A stretch of 64,000 bases of DNA from Antedon mediterranea (lineage: Eukaryota; Animalia; Echinodermata), in assembly GCF_964355755.1 (NCBI RefSeq), contig NC_092679.1:7966201-8030200 (forward strand), in the 5' to 3' direction. Shown here in pieces: positions 13,032 through 25,900 of the stretch (position 1 is its first letter; the number at the start of each line of letters is the position of its first letter). Below the pieces are notes generated by a model that saw only the letters and a program-made list of their open reading frames with translations, searched no databases and was not told the origin of the DNA. The translations under genes were made by a program, and so were the position numbers.

Positions 13032-15239
13032 TATGTACAACAAATACTTCAAGTCTGTTCCTTGTTTCAAACTCTCTGAATTTTTTCATTTGCCTATTCT
13101 AAGATTGCTTATAATGAATACATCAACTACAATTCAAGACAGTTCATCTGATCACCGTGTTTAACAATAAAGCAAAGACCATAAATCTATTTTTAGTATT
13201 TCTTTTGCAAGCAACAACTTGATTGTTTACTATGCTATTTATGTTATTAAAAGATGAAAGAAAATACCATATTTTAAAGTTATAATCTGTTATTACTACC
13301 GTTATAATTTATACCATGGATATAAATAATGGCCAACGAGATGATAGCTAGGGGAAGGAAACCCCTAAATTAAACCTACTGAGCTAGCACTTCAGGAAAT
13401 ATATATTCCCTCGAACAAAATATCATTCCCTCAGGGATGTCAAATCTTATATTTAACCTCTAAGCAGTCAATATCTGTATAATAAAGTACGTACACAAAG
13501 ACTTTGGTGGTTACAGTATACACTATTCAGAAAGAGCCAAATATGTTAAATGTAAATTGGCATGAAATAACTTCATATACAAATGTGAATGACGCTCTGC
13601 AGTTTTTTGAAGACAAGTTTTTACAAATTGTTAATAAACATGTACCTGGTTCGAAATAAAGATAACCCATGGCTCACAAAAAATGTAATACAGTATTACA
13701 AATGCGAAAACATGACTCAATGAAAAAAGAGCGAATAAAGAAAATTGTCCTCAATTATGGAACGAATACCGTGAATTAAAAAACAAAGTAAATTACGATA
13801 TTAGGAAATCAAAAAAGGATTATTTCTCTAAACAATTAAATACAAAAGATATATTGTACCATCTAAGAATAAAAAAAGTGTTATAAGTAGTATAAATACA
13901 ATAAATGGCCTTGAAACAGATTCTTACAAGATGGCTAATACTTTAAATGAGTTTTTTGCAAACATAGGACCTAACCTAGCTAAACAAATTCCTCAATTTA
14001 AAAGTAACCATGTAAATTATGAATACCCAAATAAGGTGAAGACAAAATAAATGTCACGTTTGTTGACGAAGAATATGTATACAAACAAATTTTACCATTA
14101 TCTGACAAAAAGGCTACAGGAACTGATGAAATTCCTGCTAAACTAATAAAATTAGCAATCAACTCAATTGTACAACCCATTACATTTTTAATTAATTTAT
14201 CTCTAAGAACCAGCGACTTCCCAAGTAAATGGAAAAATGCACGAATATGCCCAATTTTTTAAAATGGCGACCGAAGTGAACCATCTAACTACAGGCCAAT
14301 TTCTGTACTACCAATTTTATCGAAAATTATTGACCAACTCTATTCACATTCGCCAAACCCTAAATTATACAATCAACAATCTGGATTTAGGCCAAATTAC
14401 TCGACATCATCGGCATTAATAAATATAACTGAAGATTGGATTGACAGTATTGAAAATAGTAAAAATAGGACTAATAATGCTTGATCTCAAAAAAGCTTTC
14501 GACACTGTTAATCACCAGATACTAATAAAACAAGGCCAACAGCCATTAAGTCGCGTGCTACAATGCATAGTGATACCGGACCGACAGACAGAGAGACCGA
14601 CCGACCGACATAGTGAACTATACTGACCGAAATTACTGAAGATGTTGAAATGTTTAAAAACATTTATTTTTTTTAAATTTACACGTGCGTAGCCTGTCAC
14701 TTTCGACGTGCTCGTATAACGTAATTTCGAGTTGAAAAGTAAGTCAAGAAAACAGAAATCGGGCAAAAAGAGTGCGCAATAACATTTAACGCGCAGTGCG
14801 CGCGCAAAAATATGCGCACTCATGGCAATTTTGTAAACGCTTAAAATTGCCTGAAACGTACTCTAATTATTTCATCGAAAATAAATTTTGAAAATGTTAA
14901 GCGCGCGTACGCATGCGTTACATGCGCTACGCACGTAATTGTATTGCCATATGATGATTTATGCCCTGAAATTTATGAGTACCAAATTTTATTTAATTGT
15001 GATTCATGGTTGTGAAGATATGATTACAAACGTGATTTCGTTAAATCGTGCGTAGACCGCGTAATTTTTTATTGCGCACCGTGAAAACATAACCACATTG
15101 ATTCCTGGCCATAAGGAATATACTGTGAAAAATTGACCTAGCTAGATTAAACTGCCCAGTGGGCACAGAACATAATTTCAACGTTGAATCAACGTTGAAA
15201 TATAGTTGATTTGTTGAAATCATGTTGTCAGCGTATTTC

Positions 15240-17365
15240 AAACGTTGAATCAACGTTGAAATAACATTTTTTCCCTAACTATATTTTTTACGATTATTAA
15301 TAAACATTGAATCAACGTTGAAATAACATTTTCTTTTCAATAGAATGTTTATGTTCATTTATCAATGTTAATCAAATGTTGAAATAACATTGTCTTTTTA
15401 ACTAGTAATTTACGTTAATTTATAAATGTTGATTTAACGTTGAAATAACATCGTCTTTCTAACAAATGTTTTTTGTTAATTTTTCAATGTTGATCCAACG
15501 TTGAAATAACATTGTTTTTCTAACAAATGTTTTACGTTAATTTATAAATGTTGATTCAACGTTGAAATAACATTGTGTTTTTAACTAGAAATTTACGTTA
15601 ATTTATCAATGTTGATCCAACGTTAAAATAACATTGTCCTTCTAACTAGTAATTTACGTTAATTTATCAATGTTGATTTAACGTTGAAATAACATTGTCT
15701 TTCTAACTAGAAATTTACGTTAATTTATCAATGTTGATCCAACGTTGAAATAACATTGTATTTTTAACTAGAAACTTACGTTAATTTATCAATGTTGATC
15801 CAACGTTGAAATAACCTTGTATTTTTAACTAGAAATTTACGTTAATTTATCAATGTTGATCCAACGTTGAAATAACATTGTATTTTTAACTAGAAATTTA
15901 CATTTTATTATCAATGTTGATCCAACGTTGAAATAACATTGTCTTTCGAACTAGAAATTTACGTTAATTTATCAATGTTGATCCAACGTTGAAATAACAT
16001 TGTCTTTCTAACTAGTAATTTAAGTTAATTTATCAATGTTGATCCAACGTTGAAATAACATTGTCTTTCTAACTAGTAATTTACGTTAATTTATCAATGT
16101 TGATCCAACGTTAAAATCACATTGTATTTTTAACTAGAAATTTACGTTAATTTATTAATGTTGATCCAACGTTGAAATAACATTGTATTTTTAACTAGTA
16201 ATTTACGTTAATTTATCAATGTTGATCCAACGTTGAAATAACATTGTATTTTTAACTAGTAATTTACGTTAATTTATCAATGTTGATCCAACGTTGAAAT
16301 AACATTGTATTTTTAACTAGAAATTTACGTTAATTTATTAATGTTGATCCAACGTTGAAATAACATTGTCTTTCTAACTAGTAATTTACGTTAATTTATC
16401 AATGTTGATCCAACGTTAAAATCACATTGTATTTTTAACTAGAAATTTACGTTAATTTATCAATGTTGATCCAACGTTGAAATAACATTGTATTTTTAAC
16501 TAGTAATTTACGTTAATTTATCAATGTTGATCCAACGTTAAAATCACATTGTATTTTTAACTAGAAATTTACGTTAATTTATCAATGTTGATCCAACGTT
16601 GAAATAACATTGTATTTTTAACTAGTAATTTACGTTAATTTATCAATGTTGATCCAACGTTGAAATAACATTGTATTTTTAACTAGTAATTTATGTTAAT
16701 TTATCAATGTTGATCCAACGTTGAAATAACATTGTATTTTTAACTAGAAATTTACGTTAATTTATTAATGTTGATCCAACGTTGAAATAACATTGTATTT
16801 TTAACTAGAAATTTACGTTAATTTATTAATGTTGATCCAACGTTAAAATAACATTGTCTTTCTAACTAGTAATTTACGTTAATTTATCAATGTTGATCAA
16901 CGTTGAAATAACATTGTATTTTTAACTAGTAATTTACGTTAATTTATCAATGTTTATACAACGTTGAAATAACATTGTCTTTATATCTAAAAATTTACGT
17001 TAATTTATCAATGTTGATCCAACGTTGAAATAACATTGTATTTTTAACAAGAAATTTACGTTAATTTATCAATGTTGATCCAACGTTGCAATAACATTGT
17101 ATTTTTAACTAGAAATTTACGTTAATTTATCAATGTTGATCCAACGTTGAAATATAACATTGTATTTCTAACTAGTAATTTACGTTAATTTATCAATGTT
17201 GGTCCAACGTTGAAATAACATTGTATTTTTAACAAGAAATTTACGTTAATTTATCAATGTTGCTCCAACGTTGAAATAACATTGTCTTTCTAACTAGTAA
17301 TTTACGTTAATTTATCAATATTGATCCAACGTTGAAATAACATTGTATTTCTAACTAGTAATTTT
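15240..17365. repeat. 61-bp tandem array, ~35 copies (left subterminal repeat)
   Basis: Unit AACGTTGAAATAACATTGTATTTTTAACTAGAAATTTACGTTAATTTATCAATGTTGATCC, e.g. at 15741 and 15802. Confidence 0.96.
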
Positions 17366-18667
17366 TTTCAAACAATTATTATTTTTGTTTTTCAATGTTA
17401 TTCCAACGTTATTTATAACGTTGAAATCCAATTGTCATTTTCAAATGACATGTTTTCACGTTGAAAAACTCTTGAAATTATGTTGTTTTTTCAAACAATT
17501 ATTATTTTTGTTTTTCAATGTTAATTAAACGTTAAATTAAAGATAAATTCTATTTAATACTTTGGTTAAAATGACATGTTTTTAACGTTTAATATTAAAT
17601 AATATGTGTTTAAGTGCGTTGCCATTGATGTTTCAAAGTTAAATTAACATTAGATTTCAGTTGGCGGTTTATTTTATCATCCTTTATTGTAAAACAAATG
17701 ATTATTGGTTATTTAGGAATTTTAGATTGGCAAATATTATTGTCTCTGTATAATACAAAAATGTTCTAGAAGTTGTGTTGAAAATTGAATGATCCTTTCA
17801 TGCAAGATCAAATTTCATAAGAATAGATAGGCCCACGAGCTTGTCATTGGTTAGTTTCGTTTTGATAAAATTTTGAAACTGGTGTCGGTAATTTCAGTTA
17901 CTTCGACGTAGGCTAGGCCTACAGTAGTAGTGGTGTGTAGAAAAAAAAGGCTCATCATTGAAATTGTCAAATAAGTATGTTTTCAGGTAGGAAAACAATC
18001 TTTTTTATTTGTAATCTACTAATTTATAAGCTTGACTATTTTACCCTTATCAATAGCTAGCCTCTAGTCTAGTAGGCCACACTCACATGCATAGCTAGCT
18101 AGGCTATAGGTAGGCTAGGCAGGCTGCCAAACTGATGAACTGAATTCACTCACTAGGCCTAGTGGAAGCATTTAGTATCATGCCTGTCAATGGCAAACAT
18201 TTGCCTTGCCAAGGATAACTACAGTACTGTACTTATTATGGTTATAAAATGGTATGAACTATTAGGCCTTTAGTTCAATACTTTCTTTATTTATCCAAAA
18301 GTATACATAAATATAACATTATAATATATAATTAGTTGGCCTAGGCCCTAGCTAGCTTTCTGCTAGGCTTTCTACAGTAGCTGCTAATGCTATTATTAGT
18401 ATTATAGTATACAAACACATGCTAGCCTAGTAGGACGGCTATTTGTTGAACTTACTCGCTTTCTTTATTTCAGATTGTAATGTAGGCCTAGCTAAGGCCC
18501 TTAGGCCTATGCCTAGCTAGAGTACAAAATAATGAAGTACATGTAGGCCTATTCTCTTTTCTATGTGAATCAAACGAGAAAAATCTAATGGATGATCAAT
18601 ATTTTTATATACAAAAGGTTGGTATTTATAGTTCTTAACTTTAATATTGAATTGAATAAATTGTGGC

Positions 18668-19255
18668 CTAGGCCTAGTTAGTCGTCGCGCGGGGGAGAGA
18701 GCGATGGATGAAACTTGGCCTAGGCCATACATGAATTAATAATTACGCCACGCGTTAAAATAATTATTATGATATTGATAAGAATCAGCTTGCGTATTTC
18801 AAGAAATGTACGAAAATGAATAACGTAGCGTTGCGACACGGACTTCTTCCGAACAGTTCTGGTTTTTTTTTTCCGCTTGCGTTGCGTTTACGTCCTAGCT
18901 TTACGTTCTAGTGGGAACCAAGCTTTACAGTATTAAAATGATCCATCGCTGTAAAGCTTGGTTCCCACTAGAACGTAACGCAAGGACGTAAACGCAACGC
19001 AAGCGTTTTAACCAGTAACAAGCGAAGTTATAGACAGTTAGCAATCACAAGCGAATAAGCCATCGCTTGTGATTGGTCAATTCACTTGCGTTGCGTTACG
19101 TCCTTGTGTTGCGTCGCTAGTGGGAACCACGCTTTAGTCTGTTGTAGACAAAAATAGAGTCGCCGATTACCTCGCTCTGGGCATGCGCAATAGCGTGTCG
19201 GATTCCCTAACGCTGGGCATTTGAGTTACGGTGCCGGAATCCTATAATCACGGCG
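18668..19255. mobile_element. Truncated copy of the Mutator-like element at 56050-62086
   Basis: 18670-18860 matches 56220-56420. 19160-19255 matches the right TIR 61985-62086 (...GGATTCCCTAACG...GGAATCCTA...CACGGCG). Confidence 0.8.
18955..19133. mobile_element. PIF/Harbinger-like MITE
   Basis: TAA|AGCTTGGTTCCCACTAG...CTAGTGGGAACCACGCT|TTA with ~50-bp TIRs. An extra half copy lies at ~18874-18924. Confidence 0.75.
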
Positions 19256-20304
19256 TAAATATTAATACAGTGTTGCAATATTATTTACATAAATTTAATT
19301 GATTGCATATTTTACGTGTAAGTGTGAAATGATGTTCTGAATTCAATTTTTGTTTATGTACAGTATGATTTTTTAACACTGTGTTAAAGATATAATTGAA
19401 CTGAACAATTTTTTTTTAATGTTTTGTTGAATATGATGCCGTCACTGTAGAGTTGTTCACTTTGACCAAAAAATTAGATTTTAAAAAATGCATTTGTACC
19501 TGAAAAGGAGGACAATTTAAACAAACAATTGGTTTTTGGTTAAATGTACTGTTTATTTTGTATTTTTGTTAAGTGAAATCTTTATTGTTTTTGTTTATTT
19601 TCTACGGCAAGTGAATATCTAAATTGTTAAAATTGCAAAATGCCAAGGTATTCAAAGTATGATTGTATTAATCTTCATTGTTCCTGTTTTTTGGGGACAA
19701 TAAATCTTTCAATTAATTTTTTACTGTATTATTTTTGTTTAAAACTACAGTAACTTGATTGAATTTGTTTCAGGTTTGGAAAAATAATATTGCCACACTT
19801 TTGGAAACCATAGGACAATGTCAACACAGGAATCGAGGCAACTGTTTATTGACTAATCGGAACAATGCAATTACAGTAATGTGTTATTGCCATCATTTGG
19901 ACTTCTGCAACATTAGCACAAGGCACCTGTGACGTGTGTTGTATTTATTGTGTTTTACTGTAATCAGCCAATATTTATAGTTATTCAATCATGTTAGTTG
20001 GCAAACATATTACAAACTGGTTATTATTATATTTTTTATACTTAACATTGGTACCTGAGAACTGTCAGTGAGGATGTACATTATTTGATTGTTGCTTGGA
20101 TTTTGCCTGATGATTTGATAACACCTGATTAAATGTTATTTTATGTTTTTATAGAAATTAAAGATTAGTGAGATATACAGTATTTATAAAATGTCTCTAT
20201 TGATGGATTCTGCGACGTAACAGTAACTTTACTACCAACTACTTTAAAACCGTTGATTCAAATTGGATATAGTAATTCAACAAATCAATTACCATTGAAA
20301 ATAT

Positions 20305-20835
20305 GCAACGTTGATAATTTCTATGTTGATTCAACGTTGACATTTACGTTGAGGGAAACTTTCATTTTCAACCATTTTTTCAACGTTACCTATTTTAACG
20401 TTGTTTCAACGTTGATAATTTCTATGTTGATTCAACGTTGACATTTACGTTGAGGCAAACTTTCATTTTCAACCATTTTTTCAACGTTATTTCAACGTTA
20501 CCTATTTTAACGTTGTTTCAACGTTGATAATTTCTATGTTGATTCAACGTTGACATTTAAGTTGAGGCAAACTTTCATTTTCAACCATTTTTTCAACGTT
20601 AATTCAACGTTACTTATTTTAACGTTGTTTCAACGTTGATAATTTCTATGTTGATTCAACGTTGACATTTACGTTGAGGCAAACTTTCATTTTCAACCAT
20701 TTTTTCAACGTTATTTCAACGTTACTTATTTTAACGTTGTTTCAACGTTGATAATTTCTATGTTGATTCAACGTTGACATTTACGTTGAGGCAAACTTTC
20801 ATTTTCAACCACTTTTTCAACGTTATTTCAACGTT
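20305..20835. repeat. ~112-bp tandem array, ~5 copies (right subterminal repeat)
   Basis: TTGATAATTTCTATGTTGATTCAACGTTGACATTTACGTTGAGGCAAAC... recurs at ~20311, 20412, 20525, 20636 and 20748. Confidence 0.92.
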
Positions 20836-22959
20836 TGCAGATAACGTTGAATTAACGTTAATTCAACCAATTTTTGCCCACTGGGTGATATCAAGATAAG
20901 GACAGAAAGCGATAAAACGCATAGTGATACCGGACCGACCGACCGACCGACCGACCGACCGACCGACCGCCGACAGACAGACAGACAGACCGACCGACCG
21001 ACCGACATAGTGAACTATAGAGTCGCTTCCACGCGACTAAAACCTACACAATTTTAATTTTGCTAATCATGTTATCAAATGGTTTGAAAATTATTTAACA
21101 AATCGTACACATATTACTAATATTAACAATGTTGATTCGGTAAAGTCTAATAGTGTTTGTGGAATCCCTCAGGGATCAATATTAGGGCCCCTTCTATTTA
21201 TCATGTATATTAATGATCTACCTAACTCAGTTTCCCATAGCACATGTACGCAGATGACACTGCGTTATATTATGCATCTAAAGACATACACGATATAATA
21301 AGCAAAGTAAATACTGATCTAAAACATGTACAACTATGGTTAGCAAGTAACAAATTAAGTCTAAACGTTAAAAAGACTGAATATATGATTTTAGGAACAC
21401 ATCAAAAATTAAATAAATTGATTAACATGGATATTAATATTAATATAGACGGTACAAAACTTGAAAAAGTAAATAACTGTAAACATTTAGGTGTCATTAT
21501 CGATGAAAATTTAAAATGGCATAAACAATTAGATCAGGTGAAAAATAAAGTAATATCAGGTCTGTACTATCTAAAAAAAATGCAGCAATATTTTCCCTCA
21601 AAATATTCAATCATTAATGTACAAATCTATCATAGTAAGCCCACCATTTTGACTACTGCAATGTAGTATGGGGTCGTTGTAACCAAACCCTCAAATATAA
21701 ACTCCAATTACTCCAAAATAGAGCGGCTAAAATAATTACACATACATCTAGGTATGACTCTAGCTCACAGGCGCTCAAAGATTTAAATTGGCCTAATTTA
21801 GAAGAAAAACAATATTACAACGAAGCAGTCACAATGTATAAAATAATGAATAACTTGACACCATCCTACTTAAGAAACAGATTCTATGAACGCAAACAAA
21901 CATATAATACTAGATCAAAAGATATTCTAAGTTTACATAAGGCACACTGAGTATAAAAATAAAAAGAAAAGTTTCTCGTTTTCTGGCGCAAAGCTATGGA
22001 ATAGTTTAAATGATATAGGCCTAAACTCAAATGCAATTACAGCTCCTAATTATATACATATATCTAAATTATAAATGACCAAAGATAAAATATACTTGAA
22101 ACTCTATATTTTTCATGAAATCTTTTTTGTTGTTGTTGTTTTTGTACTGTAAATTATAACTTGTGTAATAGTATAAATGTGTTGCATCCGTTTTTAAATA
22201 AAGTTGTTATTATAGCCTGTAACACTCTATTCAGAAAGAGCCTGTAAATATAGATGGCGCTCTTTAACTTCAACGAGAGAGGGAGGGGAGTGAGGAATAT
22301 TGAAGGAAAAACAATGTTGTTGTCTTGTTGACAAAAAGTGGATAACTGTTTAGTTTAGATTCTCATTACTTTATATAATAATAGAGTTGTATAACATCAA
22401 TATGATACCATTGTGAGGAGGCCAAGTCAATAGTGTGTTTTAAATGTGTTCATAGTAAGTTGTATGTGTTTCTGTGTATTATTTCTATTCAATACGATCG
22501 CGAGTGAAATATTCCAACAAGGTCAGGCTGCTCGTTTCGTTGTTCTGATAGATGGCATGCTCCACACTCACTGGATTGTGAGCAGCTGGACTATATGCTG
22601 TAGATACTGTATGTAGTATTTTTAGGTTGAGAGGTATAGTATTAGTGGAGTGAGGGTATTCAGGAGTAACCAAAATAGCCAAAAAGGTAGGTAGTAATCT
22701 GTATGTGAGCCTAAATTTGAAACTAATAATATTAATATTTTAATAAAGGAAGATATGCTAGGAATATCGTGATTATGTAAAAAGTGAAATAAAATGATTT
22801 GTGTATGCTTAAATTATTGTCATTAAATAATTAAACTACTAATAATCTATTTCGATTATTAATACTTTTTATATATTTTACAGGTGTTAGTTTTTCATAG
22901 CTTTAGGTTATCATAACGAGATAGATTGAACAGGGAGTTGTAAACTCCCTGGATTGAAC

Positions 22960-25900
22960 ATGTTGCAGTTTTTTCAAGACACTTGGCAACAGTTGCAAGA
23001 TGTTATGTTCGTCAGTGGCGATGCAGCGACTATCAGTATCACCATATTTGTCATTACTATGCTGTCTATAACAATTGGTTGTGTGTTGACCAGTCTTGTA
23101 AAGGGTGATGACCCGTCGCCTAAAAAACGCAAGAAATATATAAGTCGTGGGACATCAAGTGTGGTGTCATGCCATAATAGACATTTAACAGTAAGTGAAT
23201 AATTTATGTTGAGAATGGATAAGGAGATTAGAATAGCTATTTATATTCATATTATTACTTTCTATATTAAGGTAATCACAATTGGCAAGGACATAATATT
23301 TTTTGCTCTATTAAGATTGTTTATTGAAAATTGAATAGTGAATTTAGTTTTGGGAGAAAATTACATATATGATTTTATTATTTTACCCATATATTATTAT
23401 TAACAAAATAATACTCTGTAATTGTTTAAAAATTAAAAAATGTTTTTGTAGTATCTTAATGAAATGATTTAGAAACAAATGACAATTGACATTTGTCATT
23501 GTATTATAAACACATGCATCAGACAGAATGGAGTTAAATATTGATTTCCATAAAGATCATCACCTGCTTTTATTGTTGACTTCTCCAAGGTGGCATTAAT
23601 CATTAACTATGAATGATGGTAGACTTCTTGTTACGTCATATGATAAATTATTAATAAATCAATATGATTATAAATAAATGTTACCCACATATTTTTACAC
23701 TAAGAAATTCCCCAATTATTTTATGAATTTGTTTTAGCATTTGGGGTTTTCTTGTCTGTTAACACTATGGTATATTGAAAAAAAAAATGAAATTTGACAT
23801 TTTGTTGTTATAGTTGACCTTAGTCTGCACATAACCAGTGTATAGATAACAGGTTCTTGATTGAATGAAATTAGAATTTCCTAAAGAACTGGTTCTTAAT
23901 TAGTAAATTACATAGCTTTTGAACTTTGAGGAAGGATGTTAAATGGCAAGAACCTATTTTAGAATGTGTTTAACGTCAGCATTTCTAAATGGTAAGATTC
24001 TTTTGTAAAGTCAAATTTGTAAATTATTTGAATTTTAAGTTTAATATATTTACTTTAGTGTGTCGGTATTAGTTTAATGAAACACTAACTTTTAAGATAA
24101 TGTTCTGATTGGATTTTTTGTACACTTACAGTACATTGTAAATTGCAAATGATATTATTAAACAATTTATTATTGTTTTAGGGACGTAACAAGAAAAAGA
24201 ATTACTTTCGAAGTAACAGCAACGTTAGTAATGTTGTGGTAACAAAACATGAACTTCCACCAAGACTGACTAACGATGCATGCAAAGCATGTGGTATTGT
24301 TGCTGCTAAACGCAATTGTCAGTAAGTTCTAAATTTTAGAATTTCATTTTGTGAAGCGAATTTCTAATTATGATAAATAAATCTAAACTGAATGTAGAAG
24401 ACTAATGACTGTAGCATTGAGACTTGTAAGATTCTATATAAAGATGGCAATTCCCATGTTGAATGCTCATGCAACTAAGTTATACATTGACAACGACGCA
24501 TTCTAATAATTACTTTCATTTATTTCCATGACAAATTAATCTCTGTTTTGTCTGATTTTTTGTTTGACGTCAATATAATATGTATAATTGTGGTTATTAA
24601 TAGCTTTACATCTTAGACTTCTGGTTGGGTTTCGTACTTTGACCAGAAAATAAATGGATATTTCTTGTGTAAAAACACTAAAGTCATATTTTAAATCCTT
24701 TAAAAAAAAATAATTTTGGGTTTAGATATGTATGCAGCTATTTCAAGATATCAACAAAATCAATATTGTGTAATGACCAATAAACATGTTTCCTTTTACT
24801 ATTCCCATAGGCCTGGTAAAGTACTTTACAGTGATGTTGTTTTCACTAAAATCTTAGTAATGTAGTAAAATAATACACCTGCAAGAAGACCCAACAAAAA
24901 TGATACAGGATGACTTAAAAACAATATAAAAAAATACACTGACCCACTTGAGACACACCCGGCCCATGACAGGAATAAATGGCACAAAATAGTAAAACAT
25001 GTCTTACATTATGATGAAGTGTGTTTATATTTATGTTATCACTAGAATATATGCATTTTGTAGGTATACATTATGTGCAACATGCTGTCGTAAAAATCAA
25101 GCAGCAGTATGTAATGCCCATGGTACAGGACTGGTAGCCGTACAGAATATGGTAGAATGTGCTTGCTGTGAAAAACCTATTGAATTAGATTTAAGGTATG
25201 TGTTTCATGTATTTCATAGGAGTGTTTGTTGCACACAGAGAGAAAGAAGATAATTTTATGTTCCTGTTTTTTCTCTTTTTTTTCTGATATATTATAATTG
25301 TATTTAAAAAAAAAACTAAAAAAAAAACAACAATATTTCTTCCTTATTAAAGCTATTTAGAATTGAGGCAGTGTCCAAATCGTATTGGATATGTAGGTAC
25401 CCAACTAGCAACTTTGAATCTGTCCAATAATCGTCTGGTATTGTTGCCAGTGGAAATCGGTTGTTTACGTGGACTTAAGGAACTTTTTCTTCAGTACAAC
25501 TGTCTCCAATCTTTACCTGTAAGTTCTGATTACATTAGCCTTTCCTTAAGTAGTCTTTACTATAATTTTGTAAATATAGCTTCAAACATAGGCTTGTCGG
25601 TTTTGTTATTAGGCGACCTGAAATTATTGTGTTACAGGACTTTGTTTAACAGGAAATGAAGTGGAATTCAAACATGGTGAATCCATTTTACAAAGAAAAA
25701 CAACATGAATGAATGCTTTTCCTGAAAAAGTTTAATAATTTTGATAAATGCTTCACATTAATAAATAATTCAGGGCAAGACATGATATTAATTATAATCC
25801 TTTTTTATACAGACTGGTGACTTATATATAGAGAAAATAAATGATTTTTTTTCTTATTTTCTTAGGAGACAATATGCAATTTACACAGCCTTCATGAGCT

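Larger units (their letters stand above)
15155..20885. mobile_element. EnSpm/CACTA-type (CCCAG termini) non-autonomous DNA transposon, 5.7 kb
   Basis: TIR CCCAGTGGGCA...TGCCCACTGGG with 2-bp TSD TG. The empty site (GATTAAAC-TG-AT) is visible in the homologous element near 63270-63285. Subterminal arrays are rich in the palindrome CAACGTTG. Confidence 0.8.
14529..21042 (-). mobile_element. Helentron/DINE-1-like non-autonomous element inserted in the LINE RT
   Basis: On the minus strand it starts TTTTAGTCGCGTGGAAGCGACTCTATAG followed by (GTCG/GTCT)n microsatellite, and ends ...CGCGACTTAATGGCTGTTGGCCTTGTT. Inserted in an A/T run with no TSD. Interior 14640-15150 is homologous (inverted) to 63270-63800. 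Confidence 0.65.
13539..22213 (+). mobile_element. Decayed, 5'-truncated CR1/L2-group LINE (ORF2), split by a 6.5-kb nested insertion
   Basis: RT motifs ...SNYRPISVLP and LDLKKAFDTVNHQILIK before 14529 resume after 21042 (WFENYLTNR, GIPQGSILGPLLFIMYINDLP, YADDTALY, KHLGVIIDENLKW). Frameshifts are present. The 3' tail is AATAAAGTTGTTATTAT. The flanking 16-mer CTATTCAGAAAGAGCC is duplicated at 13523-13538 and 22227-22242. Confidence 0.9.

Noticed and set aside
15240-17365. Possible CRISPR array (also the 41-, 52- and 97-bp arrays)
   Set aside because: Units are head-to-tail with no unique spacers, there are no cas genes, and the context is eukaryotic.
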